Made by a program: the position numbers and the translations under genes
Assembly (NCBI GenBank): GCA_963771465.1
Contig: CAVYTU010000004.1
Location: 11,618-75,617 of the forward strand
DNA from: an uncultured delta proteobacterium
GTDB taxonomy: Bacteria; Desulfobacterota; Binatia; UBA9968
DNA length: 64,000 bases
Direction of reading: 5' to 3'
Shown here: in pieces, positions 1-9,930 of the stretch
How positions within the stretch are numbered: the stretch's first letter is position 1
Layout: each line of letters begins with the position of its first letter
The notes under the pieces: generated by a model
Told to the model about the DNA's origin: nothing
The model's input: the letters and a program-made list of their open reading frames with translations, nothing else
The model's database searches: none

Positions 1-356
1 CCGCGCCGGCCCATCTCGCGTTGCAACTCGAGCAGCCGGGCGCGCACCACGTTGAGCGCCGAACTCTTGGACGCCATCTGGCTCACTGCCGGCGTGCGAA
101 TGTCCGCGGCGACATCGCAGCCGTCCAATAACACCTCCAGTTTGTCACCCGTCTCGCGCAATTCAATCGACGTTTGGCGCACCAACTGATTCACTCGCGC
201 ATCATCCGACAAATCGACGCCCTGGCGCAAGAGCTTGAGCGCCAAGGCCCGGTACATTGCGCCGGTATCCAAATAGGTAAAACCCAACTCCCGAGCCAAC
301 CGTTTTGCCAAGGTGCTTTTGCCGGCGCCGGACGGCCCGTCAATGGCGATAATCAC
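1..356 (-). CDS. cmk: Cytidylate kinase (3' end runs off the window)
   Basis: Not in the ORF track. Manual minus-strand translation from GTG 356 gives VIIAIDGPSGAGKSTLAKRLARELGFTYLDTGAMYR (P-loop plus the CMK LDTGAMYR motif). AAGGGA lies upstream, and the gene follows aroA. Confidence 0.95.
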   Translation of the reverse strand, partial: MIIAIDGPSGAGKSTLAKRLARELGFTYLDTGAMYRALALKLLRQGVDLSDDARVNQLVRQTSIELRETGDKLEVLLDGCDVAADIRTPAVSQMASKSSALNVVRARLLELQREMGRR

Positions 357-398
357 ACACCGTCCCTTTTCCGCGCCGACTATCCTCTGTATCTAGCC

Positions 399-1685
399 TT
401 AATGCAAACAAATTTCCCCCAACAAATCAAAGAAGGTCGGGAACGAGATATCGGCGCAACCCGCATCGTCGATCTCGACGGCGCGGTCGCTTAGCAAGCC
501 GGCGATGGCGAACGACATCGCAACTCGGTGATCGGCGAAACTCCTCACCCGGCCGCTCGTGAAACGCTTCCCGCCGTGGATCGTCATGCCGTCATCGCGT
601 TCGTCGACGGTAACACCGAGGATGCGCAATCCTTCGGTCATCGTGGCGATGCGGTCGGACTCCTTATAACGCAACTCTTTCACGTCAGTGAAGGTGGTCA
701 CGCCATCCGCCACGGCGCCGGCGATGGCAAGAATCGGATACTCGTCGATGGTCCGCGCTGCCAACTCCGGGCCGATATCGACGCCTGCCAATTTGCCACC
801 GCGCACGCGCATGTCGGCGACCCGCTCGCCCGCCGCTTGGCGCTCGTTGAGCAACTCTATGGCCGCTCCCATGCGCCGGAGCACTTCGATGACGCCATCG
901 CGAGTCGGATTGCAGCCGACGTTACGAATCGTCACGTCTGACCCGGCAATCAGCGCCGCGGCGACGAGAAAAAACGCCGCGGAAGAAATATCCCCCGGGA
1001 TGCGCACTTCTTGGCCGACCAGCGTCTGCCCGCCGGTAAGCGTAATGTTCAGGCCATCGACAGCAATCGTTCCGCCGAAACCGTGAATCATCGCTTCGGT
1101 GTGATTACGCGATCGCTGCGGTTCCACCACGGTGGTTGTGCCGCTCGCTTGCAGCGCCGCCAACAACAGCGCCGATTTCACCTGGGCGCTGGCGATCGGC
1201 ATGGGGTAGTGAATTCCTTTTAATCCGCCGCCGTCAATTTCCAGCGGCGCCAAGCCGGCGCCGCTCTTGCTGCGAATCCGCGCGCCCATTTGAGTCAACG
1301 GATCGATGACTCTTTGCATCGGCCGTTGGCGTAACGAGCCGTCGCCGTCCAACTCGCTATGAAAAGGCAGCCCGGCCAACAAGCCGGACATGAGCCGCAT
1401 GGTTGTGCCCGAATTGCCGCAATCAATCGCTGCGCCCGGCGCGCGCAGCCCTTCCCAACCTTTGCCGGCGACGCATAGCGCATCACCATCGCGGCCAATT
1501 TCTACGCCCATCTGACGGAACGCGCGCACGGTACGCGAATTATCGTCGCCGCCCGACAAATTAAATATTCGCGTCGGTCCTTTGGCGATACTGCCGAACA
1601 TAACCGCGCGGTGCGCAATCGACTTATCGCCCGGCACGGTGATATCGCCCTGGAGTGGATGGTTGATCGATTCGATTCGTTTCAT
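399..1685 (-). CDS. aroA: 3-phosphoshikimate 1-carboxyvinyltransferase (EPSP synthase)
   Basis: Motifs PGDKSIAHRA, DCGNSGTTMRL, ASAQVKSA, ELRYKESDR, DHRVAM. Confidence 0.97.
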   Translation of the reverse strand: MKRIESINHPLQGDITVPGDKSIAHRAVMFGSIAKGPTRIFNLSGGDDNSRTVRAFRQMGVEIGRDGDALCVAGKGWEGLRAPGAAIDCGNSGTTMRLMSGLLAGLPFHSELDGDGSLRQRPMQRVIDPLTQMGARIRSKSGAGLAPLEIDGGGLKGIHYPMPIASAQVKSALLLAALQASGTTTVVEPQRSRNHTEAMIHGFGGTIAVDGLNITLTGGQTLVGQEVRIPGDISSAAFFLVAAALIAGSDVTIRNVGCNPTRDGVIEVLRRMGAAIELLNERQAAGERVADMRVRGGKLAGVDIGPELAARTIDEYPILAIAGAVADGVTTFTDVKELRYKESDRIATMTEGLRILGVTVDERDDGMTIHGGKRFTSGRVRSFADHRVAMSFAIAGLLSDRAVEIDDAGCADISFPTFFDLLGEICLH

Positions 1686-1688
1686 TTT

Positions 1689-2546
1689 TCAGGGAATTTC
1701 AGCGCGCACGGCGAACGCGCGCGCGAACTCCTTTTCCAACGCAGCGCCCTTTTCGTTTTTTATCCAGCGATTGAGCAATTCGAGATATTTTATGTAATCC
1801 GTAAGCGACCGGCTTAGGGCTTTGCGGTTCATCAAACAAATATCGCGCCACAGCTCCGGCCGGCTCGAGGCGATCCGGGTAAAATCCTTGAAGCCGCCGG
1901 CGCAGAAAGATTTCAAATCCACGCCTTTCAAATGGGTACGCTCCAAAGCGTTGACCAGCGCGTACACCAGCACATGGGGCAAGTGGCTGATCACACCGAG
2001 CACGCGGTCATGAATGTCTGGATGCATGATCTCGACATCGGCGCCGACCTTACGCCACAGCGCGGCGACTTTTTTCAAAGCCTTGTCATCGGTCTTCTTG
2101 GTCGGCGTCAGCACCGTGCGATGGCGCACGAACAGGTTTTCGCGCGCCGCTTGGGCGCCCCACTGCTCGCTGCCGGCGATGGGATGGCCGGCGACGAAAA
2201 CAATATTTTTCGGCAGCAGCTTCTCCATACCGCGAACGATCTCGCCTTTGACGCTACCGACGTCGCTGACGATGCAACCCGGCTCCAGCTTGGGCAGAAA
2301 CGCTTTGGTCAGCGGCACAATCGTCTCCACCGGCGTACCCATCATGAGAAAATCGACGCCGCCTGGGAACTCGTCTGGGCGAAGGAAGTAACTGTCGATG
2401 ATGCCTTTCTTCTTGGCCAGTTTGAGATTGCTCTCGCTCCGACCGTAGCCGACAATCGTTCCGACAAGTCTATGCCGGCGCATGTCGAGCGCCAACGAGC
2501 CGCAAATCAGCCCCACGCCCGCCAGCACCATCTTTTCGAACATCAT
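1689..2546 (-). CDS. tyrA: Prephenate/arogenate dehydrogenase
   Basis: GVGLICGS Rossmann motif, SDVGSVK, GHPIAGSE, HDRVLGVISHLPH, GGFKDFTRIASS. Start could be ATG 2546, ATG 2543 or TTG 2558. Confidence 0.93.
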   Translation of the reverse strand: MMFEKMVLAGVGLICGSLALDMRRHRLVGTIVGYGRSESNLKLAKKKGIIDSYFLRPDEFPGGVDFLMMGTPVETIVPLTKAFLPKLEPGCIVSDVGSVKGEIVRGMEKLLPKNIVFVAGHPIAGSEQWGAQAARENLFVRHRTVLTPTKKTDDKALKKVAALWRKVGADVEIMHPDIHDRVLGVISHLPHVLVYALVNALERTHLKGVDLKSFCAGGFKDFTRIASSRPELWRDICLMNRKALSRSLTDYIKYLELLNRWIKNEKGAALEKEFARAFAVRAEIP

Positions 2547-2573
2547 CGCCACGATCAATCTTTTCCCCTGGGT

Positions 2574-3671
2574 TCAAGAATTCTGGATAACTTTTTGTAA
2601 CGCTTCGATGAACCGCCGATTCTCGTCCATGGTGCCGATTGTCACCCGGACATGCTCGGGAAATTTGTAACCGCCCATGGGGCGGACGATCACGCCTTGG
2701 CTGAGCAGTTGCTTGAACACTTCCTGGCCTTTGCCGACGCGCACCAGAATAAAATTGCCATGACTCGGCACAAACGGCAGGCCGAGTTTCTTGAATTGGC
2801 CCTCTAAGTATTCTAACCCCTGGCGGTTCGCGCCTAAACTGCGCTGGACATGATCGCTGTCGTCCAGCGCCGCCAACGCGGCCCACTGGGCCGGTGCGTT
2901 GACGTTAAAAGGCTGGCGCACGCGCTGCATCATGGCGATCAACTCCTTGGGCGCCACGCCGTAGCCGACGCGCAAGCCGGCCAGTCCGTAGAGCTTGGAA
3001 AAGGTCCTGAGAGTGAGCATCGCGCGATCCGGTTGATGGTATTTAAGCGAATCGGGATAGCCATCGTCGTCGACGTACTCGAAGTAGGCCTCGTCGACGA
3101 TCAGCAAAACCTCGGGCGAAACTTTGGCGAGAAAGTTTTCCCACTCATCGCGGCGAAAAATCGTCCCCGTGGGATTGTTCGGGTTCGCCAAGAAGACGAT
3201 TCGCGTGTGCGGCGAAATCGCCGCGGCGATGGCACTTAGATCATGGGTGTATTCTCTGAGCGGCACTTGCTTAGTCTTGCCGCCCACCGCCTGAACGATC
3301 AACTGATAAACGACGAACGCCTGCTCGGCCATCACCGCTTCGTCGCCGGCGCGCATGAACGTGCGCGCCGCCAACTCGATGATCTCGTTGGAGCCGTTGC
3401 CAAAAATCAGTTGCTCCGGTGAAACTCCGAGCTTCTGGGCCAAGCCAGTCTTCAAATAAAAACAATCGCCGTCGGGATAGAGATGAAGCTCATCGAGTTT
3501 GGCGCGTATCGCCGCCAGCGCCTTGGGCGACGGCCCCAAAGGATTCTCATTGGACGCGAGCTTCACCGAGTTAGCGATGCTATACTCGCGCTCGACCTCT
3601 TCGATCGGTTTTCCCGGTTCATAAGGAATCAACGAGCGAATATATTCAGGTACGTGTTCGACGCTTTTCAT
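2574..3671 (-). CDS. hisC: Histidinol-phosphate / aromatic aminotransferase
   Basis: KLASNENPLGPS, NPNNPTGT, DEAYFEY, RTFSKLYGLAGLRVGY (PLP lysine). Start ATG 3671 overlaps the pheA stop. Confidence 0.95.
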   Translation of the reverse strand: MKSVEHVPEYIRSLIPYEPGKPIEEVEREYSIANSVKLASNENPLGPSPKALAAIRAKLDELHLYPDGDCFYLKTGLAQKLGVSPEQLIFGNGSNEIIELAARTFMRAGDEAVMAEQAFVVYQLIVQAVGGKTKQVPLREYTHDLSAIAAAISPHTRIVFLANPNNPTGTIFRRDEWENFLAKVSPEVLLIVDEAYFEYVDDDGYPDSLKYHQPDRAMLTLRTFSKLYGLAGLRVGYGVAPKELIAMMQRVRQPFNVNAPAQWAALAALDDSDHVQRSLGANRQGLEYLEGQFKKLGLPFVPSHGNFILVRVGKGQEVFKQLLSQGVIVRPMGGYKFPEHVRVTIGTMDENRRFIEALQKVIQNS

Positions 3672-4744
3672 CGGCCACTCGGATAGGATCCCAATATTTT
3701 CAGAAACACGCAGTTTTGCTCCAACCCGGCGATCGCCCTTTTCACCGCCGGCTGGTCGGAGTGGCCGAGCAGGTCGAGAAAGAACAAATACTCCCAAGGC
3801 TTGTTCTTGATCGGCCGCGACTCGATCTTGGAAAGATTGATCCGGCTCTTGGCGAAGGGCTGAAGCATCTTGTGCAACACGCCCGGCTTGTCCTTGGCCG
3901 AAAATACCAGCGAAGTTTTATCGCCGCCGCTCGGCTTGGAGTGTATCTTGCCGATCGCCACAAAGCGCGTGATGTTATTGCTCAGATCTTCGATGTTGCT
4001 GGCGATGCTTGCCAATTGGTAAACCTCTTTGGCCAACGCGCTTGAGATCGCCGCAACATTAGCGTCTTTGCTGGCGGCGATCGCTGCGTGAGCCGTGCTG
4101 GCGACTTCTTCGACCGGAATCTTGGGAAAGTGGCGGTTGAGCCAGGCGCGACATTGCGCCAACGCCTGCGGATGAGACACGATGCGCCCGACGTCTTCGG
4201 CGCGGCCGCTCTGGGACAACAAGGTGTGATGAATGTCGAGAAAAACCTCGCCGCAAATTTTCAATTCCGACTCGACCAAACAATCGAGCGTATGCGCCAC
4301 CACGCCCTCGGTGGAGTTTTCGATGGGCACCACGCCGAACGACGCGCGATCTTGGGCGACTTCCTGAAAAACTTCCGGGATACTTGCCGTCGGCCGAAGC
4401 TCCGACGACGACCCAAACTTTTCTTTGGCGGCAAGATGGCTATAGGTCGCCGCGGCGCCGAAAAACACCACGCGCAACGGCGCTTCGAGGGAGCGACACC
4501 CTGAAATCACTTCGCCGTAGATCGAACGGATAGTGGCGGCGGAAAGCGGACCGCGATTGAGTTGGGAGAGTCGATTGAGAATCTCGTGCTCGCGGTTGGG
4601 AACGTAAACCTCTTGATTGCTTAAACCCTTATAGCGGCCGATCCGCTGCGCCTGGAGAGCCCGTTGGTTTAGCAGGTTAACGATTTTTTCATCAATGTGA
4701 TCGATTTTTTTTCTTAGAACATCGACCGACTCGTTTCGACTCAA
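3668..4744 (-). CDS. pheA: Chorismate mutase / prephenate dehydratase (P-protein)
   Basis: N-terminal chorismate mutase domain (LRKKIDHIDEKIV), VVPIENSTEG, SHPQALAQC, NITRF, ACT domain IESRP. Start TTG 4744 follows GAGGT. Confidence 0.95.
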   Translation of the reverse strand: MSRNESVDVLRKKIDHIDEKIVNLLNQRALQAQRIGRYKGLSNQEVYVPNREHEILNRLSQLNRGPLSAATIRSIYGEVISGCRSLEAPLRVVFFGAAATYSHLAAKEKFGSSSELRPTASIPEVFQEVAQDRASFGVVPIENSTEGVVAHTLDCLVESELKICGEVFLDIHHTLLSQSGRAEDVGRIVSHPQALAQCRAWLNRHFPKIPVEEVASTAHAAIAASKDANVAAISSALAKEVYQLASIASNIEDLSNNITRFVAIGKIHSKPSGGDKTSLVFSAKDKPGVLHKMLQPFAKSRINLSKIESRPIKNKPWEYLFFLDLLGHSDQPAVKRAIAGLEQNCVFLKILGSYPSGR

Positions 4745-4887
4745 TGACGACCTCACCCGGCGCAAACCAACAAGGATGATCTCCTCGGCACCGTGCACGT
4801 AACCTAGCTTAATCCCTAGAGAATAGCAAATATTGCAGGCGCCGGCGCTTGACTCCGGCAAAGCCTAACCGTTATCTCTGGAGAGCT

Positions 4888-5772
4888 ATGCAAGAAATTG
4901 TCGTGCCGGTGGGCGAATCGGCCAAGAAGCTGGAGAATTTTTTAAAGAAACAATTCCCCATCGGCTATGTCCGTAAACTGTTTCGTAAGAACGGCGTCCG
5001 GCTCAACGGCCGGCGGCCGAAAGCTGACGAGACGATAACAGAGGGCGATCGCCTTCAACTTTATATTCCGTTTGAAACGCCTAGCGTCGCGCCGCGGCCA
5101 AATAGTTTACTGCCCGCATTGGAAATCATCTACGAGGACGAGGCGCTGCTCGTGCTCAACAAACCGGCGGGAATCGCCGTGCACGAAGGCAAAACCGTAC
5201 TCAAGCGCGACTCTTTCGAAGCCATCATCGAAAAAAAATATCGCGGCAGCGCAGTTCGACCAAAATTAGTGCATCGTTTAGACAAAAATACTTCGGGCTT
5301 GTTGCTGCTCGCTAAAAGCGAGCGCGCGTTGGCTGAATTGGAAAAACAGTTTGCCGATGGCGCGGTCGAAAAAGACTATCTTTGCCTGGTCGCCGGCCGG
5401 CTACCTGACAACGAGCGCACCATCGACCATTCCCTGCCGGGCCGGGACGGCACGCCGGTGCGCGCCCTAACTCGCTATCGTGTCGTCAAACGACACGATG
5501 AAACCACTCTCGTCCGAGTCGCGATTGAAACCGGCCGGCTGCATCAGATTCGCCTTCACTTCGCCCAGCTCGGCTATCCCGTGGTCATGGACGACCAGCA
5601 CGGCGATTTCGCATTCAACAAACGCTTCCGCAAACGCTATGGCCTCAAGCGTCAGTTTCTCCACGCTGCTAGTTTAATATTGAATTACGGCGCCAAGCGT
5701 CACAGCTGGTCGGCGCCGTTGGCCGAAGATCTAGATCAGACCTTGAAACGGATCGAGAACGTAACGAGTTAA
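4888..5772 (+). CDS. RluA/RluC-family pseudouridine synthase with S4 domain
   Basis: LNKPAGIAVH, catalytic HRLDKNTSG, ETGRLHQIRLH, FLHA. ATG 4888 follows GGAGAG. Confidence 0.92.
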   Translation: MQEIVVPVGESAKKLENFLKKQFPIGYVRKLFRKNGVRLNGRRPKADETITEGDRLQLYIPFETPSVAPRPNSLLPALEIIYEDEALLVLNKPAGIAVHEGKTVLKRDSFEAIIEKKYRGSAVRPKLVHRLDKNTSGLLLLAKSERALAELEKQFADGAVEKDYLCLVAGRLPDNERTIDHSLPGRDGTPVRALTRYRVVKRHDETTLVRVAIETGRLHQIRLHFAQLGYPVVMDDQHGDFAFNKRFRKRYGLKRQFLHAASLILNYGAKRHSWSAPLAEDLDQTLKRIENVTS

Positions 5773-6153
5773 CGTCGATTTTACCAAGTCGCGATCCGCT
5801 CATCGGTTGGCACGATTCATCTTTTGTCGGCTTGCCCATTCATGCAAGCGGAGTAATTAGGTGGAATGGCTTGCAGCATTAAACTCTCTGTAACGAACAC
5901 GCAGACTAACAAATTCTAAACTGCCAATAAAAACTACTGGCATCGACCTTCAGGAGCTGCATGTACGGTCTAGTGGTGCGCTCCCGGGCGGTAGCGCAGA
6001 CAATGAGAAATTTGCTCAATCGCCCCGACGTTGCTACCCTTGCAGCATTACTTAGAATATGATTTTTCTGCCACATGGTTACAGATTGACCGTTTCGTGT
6101 GCGCAACGCCGCCTCGGCGCTGCTGCTAATTTTAGAGCCGCTCACATCATAGA

Positions 6154-7248
6154 ATGATCCGCGTCAAACACCTAGAAAAGACCTACCACACGCAACACGA
6201 AGAAGTTGAGGCGGTGCGCGACGTGTCCTTCGACGTTTCCGACGGCGAATTCTATACGCTTCTCGGACCTAGCGGCTGCGGCAAGACCACGATACTGCGG
6301 TGCATTGCCGGCTTGGAGCGTCCGGAGTCCGGCACGATTCTCCTGAACGGGACGACGGTGTTTTCGACCGATGAGGCGATTAATGTGCCCCCGGAAAAAC
6401 GTTCTATCGGGATGGTTTTTCAGTCCTACGCGATCTGGCCCCACATGTCCGTATTCGACAACGTTGCATTTCCCTTGCGCCAGGTCCCGTCTCGTTTCCC
6501 CCGTTCCGAGGTAGAGCCACGCGTCCACCGAGTGCTCGAGCTAGTACGCCTCAGCGGGCTGGAAAAGCGTAACGGCGGCGAGTTGTCCAGCGGACAGCAG
6601 CAACGGCTCGCGCTGGCTCGTGCGCTGGTGTGCGAACCGAAAGTATTGCTTTTGGATGAACCGCTCTCAAACCTCGATGCGAAGCTGCGCGGCGAGATGC
6701 GCCTCGAACTGCGCGAGCTACATAAGCGCATTCGGGTAACGACCTTGTATGTGACGCATGACCAGATAGAAGCCCTCTCAATGTCCAACAGAGTGGCCGT
6801 CGTTAATGCCGGGCGCATCGCCCAACTCGATTATCCGCGCGCAGTCTACCAACAACCGAACGGTAGTTTCGTCGCCGCATTCATGGGCTCCACCAACATG
6901 ATTGCCGGAACACTCGCAAGAAACCCGGACTCGATTTGGGCAATCGAGACAGCGATCGGAACTTTTCAGTGTGCCAAAAGCACCGACGTGCGCGCCGGCG
7001 AGCAAGTGCTGTTGACCATCCAGCCCGTCTATGTGGTGGTGCACGAAGAACTGAAAAAGGGAACCAACATGGTTCGAGGCACGGTTGCTTTGAGCGTCTT
7101 CTCTGGCGACTATGTCGACTGCCAGATTCAGGTAGGCGAACAAACGCTTTATGCGCGCCAGCACCCATCGGTCGAACTCCGCGAGGGGCAGGACGTATCC
7201 ATCGAGCTGCCCGCCGAACACTGCGTTGCCGTCGCGCCCGAGGGTTAG
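6154..7248 (+). CDS. ABC transporter ATP-binding protein (PotA/FbpC-like, C-terminal TOBE domain)
   Basis: Walker A GPSGCGKT, VFQSYAIWPHM, signature LSSGQQQ, LLLDEPLSNLD, VTHDQ. Confidence 0.93.
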   Translation: MIRVKHLEKTYHTQHEEVEAVRDVSFDVSDGEFYTLLGPSGCGKTTILRCIAGLERPESGTILLNGTTVFSTDEAINVPPEKRSIGMVFQSYAIWPHMSVFDNVAFPLRQVPSRFPRSEVEPRVHRVLELVRLSGLEKRNGGELSSGQQQRLALARALVCEPKVLLLDEPLSNLDAKLRGEMRLELRELHKRIRVTTLYVTHDQIEALSMSNRVAVVNAGRIAQLDYPRAVYQQPNGSFVAAFMGSTNMIAGTLARNPDSIWAIETAIGTFQCAKSTDVRAGEQVLLTIQPVYVVVHEELKKGTNMVRGTVALSVFSGDYVDCQIQVGEQTLYARQHPSVELREGQDVSIELPAEHCVAVAPEG

Positions 7249-7263
7249 ATTATCGGCTCGCGC

Positions 7264-7283
7264 AGGAGGTTCACAAACCTCCT
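7264..7283 (+). terminator. Hairpin after the ABC ATPase gene
   Basis: AGGAGGTT-cac-AAACCTCCT shortly after the stop codon. The U-tract is weak. Confidence 0.4.
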
Positions 7284-7508
7284 ATTCTCAACCCCAGCAC
7301 TCAATCACTCCATGGGCAAAGTCATTTAGTTTCTATGAAGATTTAAGTATTGTCGCCGTCGGCAACACATTTCGTAAAGTTTGTCCGCGCCCAGCACAAT
7401 TTGATAACCAGGGACGCACCAAGACTCACGCCCCGATAATATGTCCCGCGCTCGTAACATAATCTCCCCCGTGTCTTGATCCGCGAAGCGGGATTGATAG
7501 CGAAAATA

Positions 7509-7546
7509 AAAAGGGCAAACCGGCTTTCGCCGGCTTGCCCTTTGTT
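7509..7546 (-). terminator. Rho-independent terminator of the ubiD-family gene (possibly bidirectional)
   Basis: AAAGGGCAAACCGGC-TTTC-GCCGGCTTGCCCTTT hairpin flanked by A and T tracts, about 20 nt past the stop codon. Confidence 0.8.
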
Positions 7547-7567
7547 AGACAGAACAGGTTTCAGTTA

Positions 7568-9010
7568 TTACTTCTTGCCGTTAGTTCCGAAAAGTTCCGC
7601 GCCCCACTTCTTTGCGGTGGCGTCGAGCACTTCTTTGGCCGATTCGGCGACCGGTGGAAAATCCTTGATCCACTCGTAGGGCCGGGTCGCGTCGATGATC
7701 GCCCGCGAGTTGAAGCCTTTTTTTGTCGGATGGATCACGGGGTCGAGGGGACCGCTCCAACAACGGCGGAGGATATCGATGTCGGCCTCCGGCTCGCAGC
7801 GGCTCGACATCGCCCAGATCATGTCGTCGGTGTTCGATGGATCGATATCATCGTCGACAACGATCACGAAACGGCCGAGATACGCACCGGCATGGCACTG
7901 CGAGGCGACCACTGCCGCCTGTTTGGCATGGCCGGGATAGCGTTGCTTAATGGCAACGCACATCATCAGTCGGCTGCCGCCGGAAACCGTCAGCCAGACG
8001 CCTTTGACATCCGGCACACCGGCCTTTTCCATTTCGTCCCAAATCAAAGCCGAGCGCAGATAGGAACGATACCAGCCGAGTTCCGCGGGAGGACGGCCCG
8101 GAGGTGAACCGAGTATGATTGGGTCGTTACGGTGATAGAGCCGTTTGACGTGAACCCAAGGCTCGGCGCGTTCGGCGCTAGCGTAGTAACCGGTCCATTC
8201 GCCGAACGGGCCTTCGACTTTCGGATGATCGAAATGGACGTCGCCTTCGATGACGATCTCGGAGTTGGCTGGAATCGGCAAGCCGGAATATTCGCCCTCG
8301 ATCATTTCGAAAGGTTCGCCGCGCAAACCGCCGATAAATTCATATTCGGGAACGCCGTAGGGCACTTCAATGCTCCCGGCCAGGAAAGTCAGTGGATCAT
8401 GGCCGAACGACATGGCGATTTTAAACGGCTCGCCGCTGGCCTGGTATTTTTCCCGTTGAATACGTCCATGCTTGCCCGGAGAAATGTAGAAGCCAAGTTT
8501 GTCCTTGTCGTGAATCATCACCCGGTAGGTGCCGTAGTTTACCCAACCTTCGTCGGGATCGCGGGTGATGTCGACGCTACCTGTGCCGATGTAGCGGCCG
8601 CCGTCCTTGTCGTGCCACTTGGGCGTCGGGAACATGAACATATCGATGTCCCCGTCTTTGTAAACATTGTCGAGCAGTGGACTCTTCTTGACGAACTTGG
8701 GCGGGATCGGTTTGATTTTTTTGTAGTTCTCTTTCCAAATCTTGACGAAATCCATCTTGGTATCGCCTGATGGAAGACCGAGGGTCAACGCCAGGCGCTT
8801 GCGAGAAGACAATGAATTCGACAACACCCGAAAACCTTTCGGGTATTCCTTAATATCTTCGAATAGCACCGCGGGACCATCTTCCTTGTGGGCGACGATT
8901 TCGGTGATCGCACCGATTTCTAGGTTCCAATCGCAACCCTTGAGAGTCTTGAGCTCCCCCATTTCATCAGCAATTTGGATCCAGTCACGTAGATCCTGAT
9001 ATTCCATCAT
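7568..9010 (-). CDS. UbiD-family (prFMN-dependent) decarboxylase
   Basis: DGGRYIGT, NYGTYR, EGPFGEWTGYY (catalytic Glu motif), VVDDDIDP, AIIDATRP. Strong AGGAGG ribosome-binding site. Confidence 0.93.
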   Translation of the reverse strand: MMEYQDLRDWIQIADEMGELKTLKGCDWNLEIGAITEIVAHKEDGPAVLFEDIKEYPKGFRVLSNSLSSRKRLALTLGLPSGDTKMDFVKIWKENYKKIKPIPPKFVKKSPLLDNVYKDGDIDMFMFPTPKWHDKDGGRYIGTGSVDITRDPDEGWVNYGTYRVMIHDKDKLGFYISPGKHGRIQREKYQASGEPFKIAMSFGHDPLTFLAGSIEVPYGVPEYEFIGGLRGEPFEMIEGEYSGLPIPANSEIVIEGDVHFDHPKVEGPFGEWTGYYASAERAEPWVHVKRLYHRNDPIILGSPPGRPPAELGWYRSYLRSALIWDEMEKAGVPDVKGVWLTVSGGSRLMMCVAIKQRYPGHAKQAAVVASQCHAGAYLGRFVIVVDDDIDPSNTDDMIWAMSSRCEPEADIDILRRCWSGPLDPVIHPTKKGFNSRAIIDATRPYEWIKDFPPVAESAKEVLDATAKKWGAELFGTNGKK

Positions 9011-9147
9011 TTCCTCCTAAGCGATTTGACAACGATTCGTGCGGGTAGAATTTTGGTGCCTTCGACCTTAGCGAACTTTCACCTCGTAATCAAGCTTGGG
9101 AGCATTCCCCAAGACGCGAGATAATTAATTGAAAACAACGATTTATC

Positions 9148-9651
9148 ATGCTACCCAAAGACATGTCGGGGAAGCTCAAGAGCGTTGTTGAGATCACAGC
9201 GATTGCCGCTCAAGCGCGCCGCAACGGTCAAATCGTAGTTTTCACCAATGGCTGCTTCGACCTGGTGCATCGCGGTCATGTGCACCTATTGCGGGCGGCG
9301 AAAGCTGCCGGCGATCTGTTGATCGTCGCACTCAACAGCGACCGATCGGTTAAAGAAATTAAGGGACCTAAACGTCCGATTATGCCCGAAACGGACCGCA
9401 TCGAGTTGATCGCGTCGATGGAGATGGTAGACTGCGTCGTTCTATTCGACGAGCCCGATCCGACTGCGCTGATCGACGCGATCAAACCTGATGTATTAGC
9501 CAAAGGCGCGGACTGGAACGCCGACAAAGTCGTCGGCGCGGATCTGGTCGAAAAGAGCGGTGGGCGGGTCGTGCGGATTCCCTACTTACGGGGATTCTCA
9601 ACTAGCGAAATCATTGAAAGGATCGTGAAACAACATGGCGAGAATATGTAG
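9148..9651 (+). CDS. rfaE2: D-glycero-beta-D-manno-heptose 1-phosphate adenylyltransferase (stand-alone HldE domain II)
   Basis: [40 protein letters not shown]. Confidence 0.93.
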   Translation: MLPKDMSGKLKSVVEITAIAAQARRNGQIVVFTNGCFDLVHRGHVHLLRAAKAAGDLLIVALNSDRSVKEIKGPKRPIMPETDRIELIASMEMVDCVVLFDEPDPTALIDAIKPDVLAKGADWNADKVVGADLVEKSGGRVVRIPYLRGFSTSEIIERIVKQHGENM

Positions 9652-9826
9652 GATATGTGGCAAGGGGCGTTCGGTCGGCTACAACGTCAGCCACGCCAAC
9701 AACAAATCCAAACGGTCGTGGAAGCCAAACTTACAACGGGTGCGCGGCAATTTTGACGGCCAAGTGAAGCGCCTTTTAGTCTGCACCGACTGCATCCATT
9801 CGGGTCGGGTGAAAAAAGTCGCTTGA
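9635..9826 (+). CDS. rpmB: 50S ribosomal protein L28 (zinc-ribbon form)
   Basis: [34 protein letters not shown]. Confidence 0.96.
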   Translation: MARICRICGKGRSVGYNVSHANNKSKRSWKPNLQRVRGNFDGQVKRLLVCTDCIHSGRVKKVA

Positions 9827-9836
9827 GGGTCGGCTC

Positions 9837-9862
9837 CAATGCGAGGGATTCCACTCGCATTG
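9837..9862. terminator. Hairpin between convergent rpmB and rel
   Basis: CAATGCGAG-N8-CTCGCATTG, a perfect 9-bp stem with no clear U-tract. Confidence 0.45.
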
Positions 9863-9930
9863 CCGCGGCGCGCAGAGCCTGAAAATTCTATCAGCGCTTT
9901 TCAAAAATAGATCTGCGGCCAGCTTCCCTC

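Noticed and set aside
5808-5825. TGGCACG as a possible sigma54 -24 box
   Set aside because: No TTGC -12 element at the required spacing.
5906-6145. 79-aa minus-strand ORF in the spacer before the ABC ATPase
   Set aside because: No ribosome-binding site, motif or coding-like composition seen.
7509-7546. GGGCAAACC resembling the start of a c-di-GMP-I riboswitch
   Set aside because: It lacks the GACGCAAA and P2 elements, is a simple hairpin with a T-tract, and lies 3' of two convergent genes, so it is a terminator.
9026-9051. TTGACA...TAGAAT as a promoter for rfaE2
   Set aside because: The spacer is only 14 nt, too short for sigma70.
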